In this document: positions 1 through 12,286 of the stretch, piece after piece
How the letters are laid out: each line of letters begins with the position of its first letter
Position numbering within the stretch: position 1 is the first letter of the stretch
Source of the DNA: Macrostomum lignano
Taxonomy: Eukaryota
DNA: 64,000 nucleotides
Assembly: GCA_002269645.1 (NCBI GenBank)
Contig: NIVC01000415.1
Coordinates: 62,001 to 126,000 of the forward strand
Reading direction: 5' to 3'
Notes under the pieces: generated by a model
The model's input: the letters and a program-made list of their open reading frames with translations, nothing else
The model's database searches: none
Told to the model about the DNA's origin: nothing
Made by a program: the position numbers and the translations under genes

Positions 1-3000
1 CGACAGAGCAACAGCAGGCGGTCAAGGTGACGCCCGATTGGCATTAAGCTGAGCTCTTCCACCTGACAAGGATTTAGCGGCCCACTGTTATTTTGTAGTG
101 AATTTGTGCCTATAATGTACCTCTTATTAGGGGTGAATTTCTTGAAACTTACTCAGACTGAGCGATGCTTTACTGGGAATACCAACAATACTGAATCAGG
201 GGTGCTGAGGCAAGAGTGTCTGAATCAGGGGTGCTGAGACAAGAGTGTCTGAATCAGGGGTGCTGAGGCAAGAGTGTCTGAATCAGGGGTGCTGAGGCAA
301 GAGTGTCTGAATCAGGGGTGCTGAGGCAAGAGTGCTGAATCAGGGGTGCTGAGACAAGAGTGCTGAATCAGGGGTGCTGAGGCAAGAGTGCTGAATCAGG
401 GGTGCTGAGGCAAGAGTGTCTGAATCAGGGGTGCTGAGGCAAGAGTGCTGAATCAGGGGTGCTGAGACAAGAGTGCTGAATCAGGGGTGCTGAGGCAAGA
501 GTGTCTGAATCAGGGGTGCTGAGGCAAGAGTGTCTGAATCAGGGGTACTGAGGCAAGAGTGTCTGAATCAGGGGTGCTGAGGCAAGAGTGTCTGAATCAC
601 GGATGCTGAGGCAAGAGTGTCTGAATCACGGATGCTGAGGCAAGAGTGTCTGAATCAGGGGTTCTAAGGCAAAAGTGTCTGAATCAGGGGTGCTGAGGCA
701 AGAGTGTCTGAATCAGGGGTTCTAAGGCAAAAGTGTCTGAATCAGGGGTGCTGAGGCAAGAGTGTCTGAATCACGGATGCTGAGGCAAGAGTGTCTGAAT
801 CAGGGGTGCTGAGGCAAGAGTGTCTGAATCACGGATGCTGAGGCAAGAGTGTCTGAATCATGCAAAGTCCAAATTTTGCCTACAACAATGTCCAAAAATC
901 CGCAATGTACTTTGTTAACAACTGACCTCTGGCGGCACATCGTCATCGGCGGCGGCAGCTGTCGGAAGCGACGCACCAGTCGCGGTGTCAACGCCGCCAG
1001 CGCCGACCTGTGTAGCGGCCAACAGACTAGCATCCGTGACCAGCCTTGGCCCATCGGAGAAGGCTTTAGCAGCGAAACAGCAAACAAAATCAGGCAATTG
1101 ATAAATCTCTAACGCGCCGCTCTCGTAGCACACAATTGCCCAGTGAGTTGTTTGACAATCTGAATCGTAAGTTGGCGGCGGCGGCGGAGCGGCTGGCCGG
1201 CGGGCGCGTTCGCTTAGAGCGTCGCCATAAAGCAGGACGTCTTCTTCTTCTAGAGGATCGAAGGTTGCAGCGGCGGCCGTGGCAGCGGAGTCGGCAAAAT
1301 CGGCAGCGCCATCATCAGCAGCGGTAGGTTTCCTATGCAAGCGCAGGAACGGATGATCCGTGATGGCGATGGCGGTGGCAAAGCTGTACTGCTGCACTGT
1401 TGGTCTCTCCGTCCTGAGGGTCTCGCCGATCACCTCCAGCAGTAGGAAGCCGTCAGTTTCGTCTACTATGAGGACGAACGGATCGCAGACGGTGACTAGG
1501 CGGGCTCGCTCTTCTAACGGCTGCACCAGCACCTGCTGGCTGCCGCGAAGGAGGCGGACTGAGGACGGGCACACCTGAGGAGTTGGAGGGGGTTAGTGAG
1601 ATAGCTGATTAAGACAGTATAAAGGTAAGTTTAAGCCCTGTCTGAGAATCTGGGAGGCTAGCCTAGCAACTGAGGATCTGGGAGGCTAGCCTAGCAACTG
1701 AGGATCTGGGATCGGAGGCTAGCCTAGCAACTGAGGATCTGGGAGGCTAGCCTAGCAACTGAGGATCTGGGAGGCTAGCCTAGCAACTGAGGATCTGGGA
1801 GGCTAGCCTAGCAACTGAGGATCTGGGAGGCTAGCCTAGCAACTGAGGATCTGGGAGGCTAGCCTAGCAACTGAGGATCTGGGATCGGAGGCTAGCCTAG
1901 CAACTAAGGATATTGGAGGCTAGCCTAGCAACTGAGGATCTGGGAGCCTAGCCTTGCAACTGAGGATCTGGGAGCCTAGCCTAGCAACTGAGGATCTGGG
2001 AGGCTAGCCTAGCAACTGAGGATCTGGGAGGCTAGCCTAGCAACTGAGGATCTGGGAGGCTAGCCTAGCAACTGAGGATCTGGGAGGCTAGCCTAGCAAC
2101 TGAGGATCTGGGAGGCTAGCCTAGCAACTGAGGATCTGGGAGGCTAGCCTAGCAACTGAGGATCTGGGAGGCTAGCCTAGCAACTGAGGATCTGGGAGGC
2201 TAGCCTAGCAACTGAGGATCTGGGAGGCTAGCCTAGCAACTGAGGATCTGGGAGCCTAGCCTAGCAACTGAGGATCTGGGAGGCTAGCCTAGCAACTGAG
2301 GATCTGGGATCGGAGGCTAGCCTAGCAACTGAGGATCTGGGATCGGAGGCTAGCCTAGCAACTGAGGATCTTGGAGGCTAGCCTAGCAACTGAGGATCTG
2401 GGAGGCTAGCCTAGCAACTGAGGATCTGGGAGGCTGGCCCAGCAACTGAGGTCTGAGAGGCTGGCCCAGCAACTGAGGATCTGGGAGGCTGGCCCAGCAA
2501 CTGTGGATCTGAGAGGCTGGCCCAGCAACTGAGGATCTGGGAGGCTGGCCCATTAGCTGAGGATCTGGGACTGGGAGGCTGGCCTAGCAACTAAGGATCT
2601 GAGAGGCTGGCCCAGCAACTGTGGATCTGAGAGGCTGGCCTAGCAACTGTGGATCTGAGAGGCTGGCCCAGCAACTGAGGATCTGGGAGGCTGGCCCAGC
2701 AACTGAGGATCTGAGAGGCTGGCCCAGCAACTGAGGATCTGGGAGGCTGGCCCAGCAACTGAGGTCTGAGAGGCTGGCCCAGTAGCTGAGGATCTGGGAG
2801 GTTGGCCCAGTAGCTGAGGATCTGGGACTGGGAGGCTGGCCCAGCAATTGAGGATCTGGGAGGCTGGCCCAGCAACTGAGGATCTGAGAGGCTGGCCCAG
2901 CAACTGAGGATCTGGGAGGCTGGCCCAGCAACTGAGGTCTGAGAGGCTGGCCCAGTAGCTGAGGATCTGGGAGGTTGGCCCAGTAGCTGAGGATCTGGGA

Positions 3001-6000
3001 CTGGGAGGCTGGCCCAGCAATTGAGGATCTGGGAGGCTGGCCCAGCAACTGAGGATCTGAGAGGCTGGCCCAGCAACTGAGGATCTGGGAGGCTGGCCCA
3101 GCAACTGAGGATCTGGGAGGCTGGCCCAGCAACTGAGGTCTGAGAGGCTGGCCCAGCAACTGAGGTCTGAGAGTCTGGCCCAGCAACTGAGGTCTGAGAG
3201 GCTGGCCCAGCAACTGAGGATCTGGGAGGGTGGAGGTGATGCTGCTAACCTGCAAGCTCAGATCGTCGCCAACATCCGCAGCCCACAGAGTAGGCTCGCT
3301 AGTAGAAAATCCTGAATCCTCCAGCTCGGCAATTTCGTCCGTGACCTGAAACACCAGACTAGTCTCTTCTCTACTGAGCACTAAATAGCCGTGACCTTCG
3401 CATTCCTCATCTTCTTCGGCGTTGCTCTCGAACTGCCAAGGCCGCCGCCTGTCGCCGTAGAGTGACCACAGGCTTGAGCAGTCGGGAATCTCAAAGCTAG
3501 AATGAATCAGAGGCCGAACACTGCGCTGCAACAAGTTAATACCGCCGTGCTCAGCGTGTCCATAGGAGGTTAATAATTCAAGATTTGCCGACTCTTTCAC
3601 TAGGAAATTATCGAACATGCCCTGTATATAAGCGGCCGTGAGCTCGCCAATTGGCCCAACATTTGGCAAATAATCGCATCGATCTAATTGGAATCGTTTA
3701 GTCGGATCCGATCGGCTGGCCGCCTCTTCTGTTTCGTAGATTTCGTCAAGCTCTGGATCGGACACCTGCGGCACGCCAAGCGGCTGCTGAGGCGGCTCCT
3801 CCTGCTGCTGCTGCTGCTCGAACGGTGTCACGGACGATTGCGACATCAAGGAAGGCGGCGCCTGTTGACTGTCCTCATTCAAGGAGTCCGCCGGATTAAC
3901 AGTTGGCTTGTCCACTGACTCATCTTGGTCCTGAGCAGCACTAGTATGAGGAGGAGGAGACACTAGCGACGTGTTTGAGAAAGACGATTCAAGACGACGC
4001 CGTTTCGCGACTGTTGCTTCGGAATGATTGTCCTCTTCTTCCTGTTTGATTTCTACATCAGCTTCATCGGTCTGAGGATTCTGAGTCTCTTCATTATCAT
4101 CTCCATCGCCTTCATCCTCATCATTGTGCTCAGTTGCTTTACTATTATCCCGCATATCGTCATCTTCAACATTCTCATTGTCATCGTCATCGTCTATGGT
4201 TGGAGGCGACGGCGGCGGAGGCGGGGTAGCCGGAGCTGTCGGTGCAGCGGCCGCGGCAGACGCGTCGCCATTAGTAAACTGCACAGGCGTTGGCATTGGC
4301 CCGGTGCCAACTAAACGGACTAACTCGGAATCCGACACAAACGAACCAACAAACAACATGCCGCCGCTATCAGTGACGTCGGCCGGATTAGCTCCGATAG
4401 TGAGGCCGGCAGTCTCAGCTTCCATAGCTGTTAGCATAGCAAAGCAAGACAGCGGCGAAGATTTGCCAACCGGCTCCCAGTGGAAGCCGTTCAACTGGCG
4501 CATGTTGGAGTCGATGTACAGAGTGAACACGTAGAAACTGCCGTCTCGTACGCCAACTAAGAATTGCCGGCCGCCAGTGTTTGGCAAGAATATTGCTTTG
4601 CCGCCGTCCAGACTCAGACGAGGCGTTGGCGGATAGACTCTGCGCAATGGAAAGCTGGTACTATTGTTAATGTTGCTATTCAAAGCTAAGCCGGTGGGTC
4701 TCTGGCTCTGATTCAGATAGATAACGCTGTTTCGGGCCAATACAACTAGGCCGCCAATCGGCTTGGGCACTGGAAGCAGAGCGAAGCAATCGAATGGTAG
4801 GCCGGCTTGAGACCAGATTATTGGATTTGTCTGCGGGGAGAAAAATGAAGGAATGAGTTGATACCGCAACCAATGCTGACGGCAATTCTGTCCATTCCAC
4901 TGAATCCTGAGCACATGCAAGAGCGCCAATTCTGTACAGTCACGCTCACATAGGGTGCACAGCGGCTCCTTGACTTTCTAATCGTCTCGGCCAATTTCTA
5001 GTGCACAATAGCACCAAATGTGACTACGAACGGATTCGAACCAGCTGTGATCGTGGCTCCAGAGTCAAGCAGGTTTATCGCTAAGCTGCTCGGCCTGCAG
5101 GACATTTAGCCTTCTCAGCTCTCTTCTCTCTTCTCTTCTCCCTTCAGTCTCTCCTCTCCTACCTTCACGTCTCTCTTCTCGATCTACCTTCACGTCTCTC
5201 TTCTCGATCTACCTTCACGTCTCTCTTCTCTCCTACCTTCTCATCTCTTCTCTCCTACCTTCACGTCTCTCTTCTCTCCTACCTTCACGTCTCTCTTCTC
5301 TCCTACCTATACGTCTCTCTTCTCTCCTACCTATACGTCTCTCTTCTCTCCTACCTATACGTCTCTCTTCTCGATCTACCTTCACGTCTCTCTTCTCGAT
5401 CTACCTTCACGTCTCTCTTCTCTCCTACCTTCTCATCTCTTCTCTCCTACCTTCACGTCTCTCTTCTCGATCTACCTTCACGTCTCTCTTCTCGATCTAC
5501 CTTCACGTCTCTCTTCTCTCCTACCTTCTCATCTCTTCTCTCCTACCTTCACGTCTCTCTTCTCTCCTACCTTCTCATCTCTTCTCTTCTACCTTCTCGT
5601 CTCTCTTCTCTTTTCTCCTTCTCGTCTCTTTTTTATCCTCTCTTTCTCTTACCTCCTCTCCCCTCCTCTTCTTTCTCTGCTCTGCTCTCTCCTCTCCTCC
5701 CCTCCCCTTCCTCTCATTTCTACTCTCTCATCCTCTGGCCCGCAGTCATGCGCTAGGTTTACCTGGCCCTCGAGGTAAAAAAGTTTGAAGACCCTAGGAA
5801 ATACATTTATCTCCTACTGTTAAGTGGTCAGAAAATCAGAAAATCAATCGCCTCACCCTATCCTTTGGATTTAGCGACATAGCCGTAATCCGGTAAGTGT
5901 CGTGTCTAGCAGTTACCCGGCCACTCCAAGTGCCAATTGGTTCGTGCAACACGCACACAGTCGGATCGTAGTAGCCATTAAGAAACTGTACATCAGCTAC

Positions 6001-7386
6001 GTTAACAATAGCTTCAGCCTGATCCCATAAGGGTAGAACGTAGGACGGCAGAACGGCTGGTTTAGCGTCGAGCTCGGGCACGCCAACTAGCTGTCTGCGC
6101 AGCGGCAGCACAGCCAGATGCTTGTCATAGACTAGCATAACAACGCAAGATCGTTGCGGATCTAATCTAAGCATTGGCGGCCTGGTGAACTGGCGTCTGG
6201 CATCTTTATACTTGACATCTTCGTACGTGTGCAAGGATGTAGCCCGCAATTCTCTAGTGGAATCGTCGAATTCAACAACGGACAATTTGGCCTCTTCAAA
6301 AGCTAAGAGTAGCGAGTCGCGCTTATCTAGACACGTGGCTGGCAAGGCTAGTGCATCTAGCACGGGTGAGTAGAATTCAACACCGTAGACAAAGTCAAGA
6401 GCTGCTCCGCCGCTGCTGTTATGGGAGGCGTCGGCATTGGCGCCAAGTTCATCTGTACCGGCCTCTACAAGGCGATAGACACGAAGCAGATGGCCGCTAA
6501 ATACTAGCAGCTGCTGATCTCTGGGCGACATTAATCGACAGTATAAACAATGAGTAACAGCCGTAGGCGGATGTAATTCTTTTAATACGGTTCGAAAATC
6601 TGGCGAATAACTTTTAAATATACTCTGTTGAATGTATTGCTGAGTGGTCTGCGAGGCCGAGACGTGGTCTGTTGCTAGGATTGACGTTGGCGATGGAGGA
6701 GGCGACGGTATCTGTTGGTTCTGCCGCTGCTGTTGCTGCGTTTCCATGGCAACAGCGATCGGTGACGCAACGGTGGCTGCAGCGGCTGAGTCAGCAACAA
6801 CTGACGGTATAGACACCTGTTGTGACGACTGCAAAGTTGACGGCATTGAGCTTGAAGACAACTGCTGCTGATATGATGGATTCTGCTGTTGAGATCCGGG
6901 CGTCTGCTGCTGCTGACTGCTCTGAGACTGAGTCGGAAACTGCATCGGCGGCGGCATAGAAGTGGGAGGCATCGGTCGCTGCTGCTGCATTTGATGCATG
7001 ATTTGCTGACCGGGTGGCGGCACAGACATCGGCATTGCTGGCATAGACATCTGCCCAGGCGGCGGCATCTGCATCTGAGTAGGCATAGTAGACATTGGCA
7101 TTGACATTGGCGGCTGCTGCATTTGCATAGGGAAACCGGCCATAGACATCGGAGACTGTACTGGCGGCGGCGCCATCATGTGATGCTGAGGCTGCTGTTG
7201 CATCATCTGCTGATAGGCCATATGCATAGGCGGCATAGGAGGCATGTACTGCTGCTGATGCTGCTGTTGCTGATGCTGCATCATCATTGGCGGCATTTGC
7301 ATTTGCGGCATCTGATGATGTGGCGGAGGCGGCATGCCCATATGCTGAGGCGGCGGCATGCCATAAGGATTGTTCATGTTGTACAT
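1..7386 (-). CDS. CPSF1: Cleavage and polyadenylation specificity factor subunit 1 (CPSF160), 5' part; exons 7386-5857, 4830-3250, 1574-927, 62-<1
   Basis: Translations match CPSF1 motifs: ELHPPTAVTHC, LLLAFEEAKLSVVEFD, LRLDPQRSC, FLNGYYDPTVCVLHEP, IIWSQAGLPFDCF, CDYLPNVGPI, YLVLSREETSLVF, EDSGFSTSEPTL. All junctions are phase-0 GT-AG (AGG|gtgagg..ccgcag|ACA; CAG|gttagc..cctcag|GTG; GAG|gtcagt..tgtcag|GTG). Exon lengths 1530, 1581 and 648 nt are multiples of 3. Start at 7386 is the first ATG after an acceptor-like site and is inferred. Confidence 0.93.
191..860 (+). repeat. 29-bp minisatellite (CTGAATCAGGGGTGCTGAGGCAAGAGTGT) in CPSF1 intron 3
   Basis: About 23 near-identical tandem units read directly, with 27-bp variants. 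Confidence 0.95.
1645..3228 (+). repeat. 28-bp minisatellite (CTGGGAGGCTAGCCTAGCAACTGAGGAT, drifting to CTGGCCCAGC variants) in CPSF1 intron 2
   Basis: More than 50 tandem units; source of the repetitive tail of ORF 2584..4929 and of ORFs 2591 and 2640. Confidence 0.95.
4925..5095 (-). mobile_element. tRNA-derived SINE, copy A (internally shortened), in CPSF1 intron 1
   Basis: Minus strand reads GAGCAGCTTAGCGATAAAC (A-box-like), GGTTCGAATCC (B box, 5042-5032), then GAAAGTCAAGGAGCCGCTGTGCACCCTATGTGAGCGTG, matching the core of the copies at 51.3 kb and 62.0 kb. Confidence 0.65.
5110..5720 (+). repeat. ~24-bp CT-rich minisatellite (CTCTCTTCTCTCCTACCTTCACGT) grading into a CT low-complexity tract, CPSF1 intron 1
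   Basis: Direct tandem units visible. Confidence 0.9.
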
Positions 7387-7567
7387 GCTTGATGACGTCA
7401 ACAGGTGCGCCACCTGTGGACGATAGCTGCGGATAGCAATTATATTTATAGAATTTATAAAATTGCACATAAGAATGTAACAATGATTCATTCTGGCTAA
7501 TGCATCGTGAAGGTTATAAATCCACTGTAAAACTGCATTGGCGTAGATGCGGAGCTGGAGGGGTTGA

Positions 7568-9875
7568 GCTGAGAGTACTGAGGGTGCTGAACTGAGGGTA
7601 CTGAGGGTGCTAAACTGAGGGTACTGAGGGTGCTGAACTGAGGGTACTGAGGGTGCTGAACTGAGGGTACTGAGGGTGCTAAACTGAGGGTACTGAGGGT
7701 GCTGAACTGAGGGTACTGAGGGTGCTGAACTGAGGGTACTGAGGGTGCTAAACTGAGGGTACTGAGGGTGCTGAACTGAGGGTACTGAGGGTGCTAAACT
7801 GAGGGTACTGAGGGTGCTGAACTGAGGGTACTGAGGGTGCTAAACTGAGGGTACTGAGGGTGCTGAACTGAGGGTACTGAGGGTGCTAAACTGAGGGTAC
7901 TGAGGGTGCTGAACTGAGGTTACTGAGGGTGCTGAACTGAGGGTACTGAGGGTGCTGAACTGAGGATACTGAGGGTGCTGAACTGAGGGTACTGAGGGTG
8001 CTGAACTGAGGGTACTGGGGGTGCTGAACTTAGGGTACTGAGGGTGCTGAACTGAGGGTACTGAGGGTGCTGAACTTAGGGTACTGAGGGTGCTAAACTG
8101 AGGGTACTGAGGGTGCTGAACTGAGGGTACTGAGGGTGCTGAACTGAGGGTACTGGGGGTGCTGAACTGAGGGTACTGAGGGTACTGAGGGTGCTGAACT
8201 GAGGGTACTGAGGGTGCTAAACTGAGGGTACTGAGGGTGCTGAACTGAGGGTACTGAGGGTGCTAAACTGAGGGTACTGACTCCTGAGGGTGCTGAACTT
8301 AGGGTGCTGAACTGAGGGTACTGAGGGTGCTGAACTGAGGGTACTGAGGGTGCTAAACTGAGGGTACTGAGGGTACTGAGGGTGCTGAACTGAGGGTACT
8401 GAGGGTGCTAAACTGAGGGTACTGAGGGTGCTGAACTGAGGGTACTGAGGGTGCTAAACTGAGGGTACTGACTCCTGAGGGTGCTGAACTGAGGGTACTG
8501 AGGGTGCTAAACTGAGGGTACTGAGGGTGCTGAACTGAGGGTACTGAGGGTGCTAAACTGAGGGTACTGAGGGTGCTGAACTGAGGGTACTGAGGGTGCT
8601 AAACTGAGGGTACTGAGGGTGCTGAACTGAGGGTACTGAGGGTGCTAAACTGAGGGTACTGAGGGTGCTGAACTGAGGGTACTGAGGGTGCTAAACTGAG
8701 GGTACTGAGGGTGCTGAACTGAGGGTACTGAGGGTGCTAAACTGAGGGTACTGAGGGTGCTGAACTGAGGGTACTGAGGGTGCTAAACTGAGGGTACTGA
8801 GGGTGCTGAACTGAGGGTACTGAGGGTGCTAAACTGAGGGTACTGAGGGTGCTGAACTGAGGGTACTGAGGGTGCTGAACTTAGGGTGCTGAACTGAGGG
8901 TACTGAGGGTGCTGAACTGAGGGTACTGAGGGTGCTAAACTGAGGGTACTGAGGGTGCTGAACTGAGGGTACTGAGGGTGCTGAACTGAGGGTACTGAGG
9001 GTGCTGAACTTAGGGTGCTGAGGGTGCTAAACTGAGGGTACTGAGGGTGCTGAACTGAGGGTACTGAGGGTGCTAAACTGAGGGTACTGAGGGTGCTGAA
9101 CTGAGGGTACTGAGGGTGCTGAACTTAGGGTGCTGAACTGAGGGTACTGAGGGTGCTAAACTGAGGGTACTGAGGGTGCTGAACTGAGGGTACTGGGGGT
9201 GCTGAACTGAGGGTACTGAGGGTGCTAAACTGAGGGTACTGAGGGTGCTGAACTGAGGGTACTGAGGGTGCTAAACTGAGGGTACTGAGGGTGCTGAACT
9301 GAGGGTACTGGGGGTGCTGAACTTAGGGTACTGAGGGTGCTGAACTGAGGGTACTGAGGGTGCTGAACTTAGGGTACTGAGGGTGCTAAACTGAGGGTAC
9401 TGAGGGTGCTGAACTGAGGGTACTGAGGGTGCTGAACTGAGGGTACTGGGGGTGCTGAACTGAGGATACTGAGGGTGCTGAACTGAGGGTACTGAGGGTG
9501 CTGAACTGAGGGTACTGAGGGTGCTGAACTGAGGATACTGAGGGTGCTGAACTGAGGGTGCTGAACTGAGGGTACTGAGGGTGCTGAGCTGAGGGTACTG
9601 AGGGTGCGGAGCTGAGGGTACTGAGGGTGCGGAGCTGAGGGTACTGAGGGTGCTGAACTGAGGGTGCTGAACTGAGGGTACTGAGGGTGCTGAACTGAGG
9701 ATACTGAGGGTGCTGAACTGAGGGTGCTGAACTGAGGGTACTGAGGGTGCTGAGCTGAGGGTACTGAGGGTGCGGAGCTGAGGGTACTGAGGGTGCTGAA
9801 CTGAGGGTGCTGAACTGAGGATACTGAGGGTGCTGAACTGAGGATACTGGGGGTGCTGAACTGAGGGTACTGAGG
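7568..9875 (+). repeat. 23-bp G-rich minisatellite (CTGAGGGTACTGAGGGTGCTGAA / ...CTAAA), ~2.3 kb, just upstream of the CPSF1 start
   Basis: About 100 units built from 9+9+5-nt sub-repeats; long runs alternate CTGAA and CTAAA. Confidence 0.97.
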
Positions 9876-11594
9876 CAAGACAAAGTGTTAGCTAAACAAA
9901 ATTTGGTCAAAATTCAAGCAAAAAAGTAAGACAAGACAAAATCAAAAAGTCAGTCAGTACGGACAATAGATATATTCCCACATTATTTTATTATATTTCA
10001 ATAATGTTAATATATGATGGATATTAATTTAGATGTTATAAGTTTGGTCACAAGTCGGCATTAAACAGGGACCTAACCAGGGAACAACAGCAAAGTTATG
10101 GACTAAAAAAGGAAACAATATCCCTTCGAAAATCTCTAACAGTAGAATATTTAGCATGGCTAATGGCTAATGGTATCATGTCAATTTGAACCATTGAGAG
10201 TCACGATATGCCTGCCCGTCAATAGAAATCGGTTTTTATTTAGCAAAAAGATGACAAATTTGTTATATATTTGTTCAACAAAATACAAATTAGCATCACA
10301 CGAAATAATAATCAAATATAACCTACTACAACTCACCCCTAAAAAATTAACAGAGTGCCAAATAGAGACAGTATTGACTAAGACAATTTGTGAATAGTAT
10401 AGGAAAACAAAAGCAATGAAACAGTTTAGCCAGAAATTCAGAAATAAACAAGCAGAGAAGAACATTAAGAGTACATCCTGTTCTAGTTAAAAGAAAATGT
10501 AATATAGCCGACATACACATATTGCAACTGGTATAATCAATCTCAAATGTGAAGCGAAAAATCTTTTTTATTTATTGACCTTTTTGATGTATTGACAAAC
10601 ATTTTCAAATAACCAGCATGCGCTTTGCATACTACTACTGATCAACAGTAGGACTACCAATGCATGCTTCAGCAAGCAAGATTTTCATTTTTAGTATATA
10701 GGATTTGCAGAATCCTTGGTAGTTCTTCTGTTATCCATATCGTAGATTGATTGATGCTTACAAATGATAACAAACAGGAGGCAAAAAAGGCTAAAATTGT
10801 CTTAAACGGCGAGAGAGATAAAGTACTTCAAAACTATACTAATAAGCTAAGGTAAATCAAATTCTAGGAAAGCGAAAAATTAACGCAAAACAACATATAT
10901 AAACATACTAGGCAACGTACTAATATATATGAATATGGCATACAACACTTATACAGAATTTCATACCAAGAGGAAATTATTAATCTTTTTTAATTAGTAA
11001 TTTTATTTTAATATAATGCAATCAATGTAACCCAGAGACCGTGTTAGACAATTAAGCAACATCTGCTTAAAACTACTTAAAAAACTACAAAGACAAACCT
11101 ACTTAGGGAGCTACTATCCAAACCTTAATAATGCAAACTTTCCGTTCAATACAATCCAATAAAAGTAAAAGTAAATCCACTGGTATAAGCAAGACAACAG
11201 AAACAATTGAGAGAATATTTCAATATAAATATGAATTAAAATTAATTTACGCAAAAACAAGAACCGGACTGGAGCGTACCCGCTTTGGCCGTAGAAAAGA
11301 TATTAAACTAAGCAACTACTATAAGTAGGCTTGAGTAACTTTATTTTTTAAATCATCCTACATATTACGAGCGAACTGGGGCTGCAAAGGCAATGAAAAT
11401 GGTTGGACTTATTTTGGCACATAGACAAACATAACTGAATGGATTTGTTTAAATGATTGATAACGCTTATTTATAGCAAATAAAATAAAAATGGAGGTCG
11501 CCACCGTATGCAATTTAGTTAATCCACGCCATGTCTATTTTGAAAGGAGCCCGAGTCTAATATAGAGGGAGAAACGTCTCGAGTTGAAGGGCGC

Positions 11595-11905
11595 CACATC
11601 TAGATTAGAATGGCGCCAAATTTAGACTAGCATGACGCCAATTCTAGACTAGCAGGACGCCAAAACTAGATTACAATGCGCCAAACCCAAATTACAATGG
11701 CGCCAATTCTAAATTTCAATGGCGCCAATTCTAAATTGCAATGGCGCCAAATCTAGATTACAATGGCGGCAAATCTAGATTACAATGGCGCCAAATCTAA
11801 ATTGCAATGACGCCAAATCTAAATTACAATGGCGCCATTTATAAATTTCAATGACGCCAAATCTAGATTACAATGGCGCCAAATCTAGATTACAATAACG
11901 CCACA
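11595..11905 (+). repeat. Degenerate ~22-bp tandem repeat (CAATGGCGCCAAATCTAGATTA)
   Basis: About 13 diverged units visible. Confidence 0.8.
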
Positions 11906-12286
11906 TCATTGTAGTGTATCTAATCTAGATGTACATAACATCTAAATTAATATTGTAAAGCAATGTCACCACTAACTATGGAATTTAATGCACATATTAG
12001 CTTCACTAATTGCGACTTTAACAATGCATAGCAGCTAATAAAACAGAGAACACTCCTTAGATAGAGTAGAAACACGAAACAGTGGGAAAGAAGAAAATAC
12101 ATAAATATTTTTCAACGACAACCGAAAATAAATTTAGTTAACAATAAATTTGGTCTAGCCTATTATAACAAAACTAATGATAGACAATAAAGACAATGAC
12201 CCCAAAAAAACTATTAATATAAACCAGCTAAACAGGCTTGCATAGTTCAAACTTCAATTGTCTATCAATCCATTAGCATTTTTTTT

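Noticed and set aside
2584-3249. Repetitive C-terminal part of ORF 2584..4929 and ORFs 2591/2640 (PQLLGQP repeats)
   Set aside because: Read-through into the 28-bp intron array; a phase-0 donor at 3249 joins the CPSF1-homologous exon starting at 1574.
7387-7491. Upstream ATG of ORF 5836..7491 as the CPSF1 start
   Set aside because: The extra 35 codons run through AT-rich, acceptor-like sequence; ATG 7386 is more plausible.
9369-9910. ORFs of PQYPQFSTLS repeats
   Set aside because: Translations of the 23-bp array, which lacks stops in some frames; no unique coding sequence.
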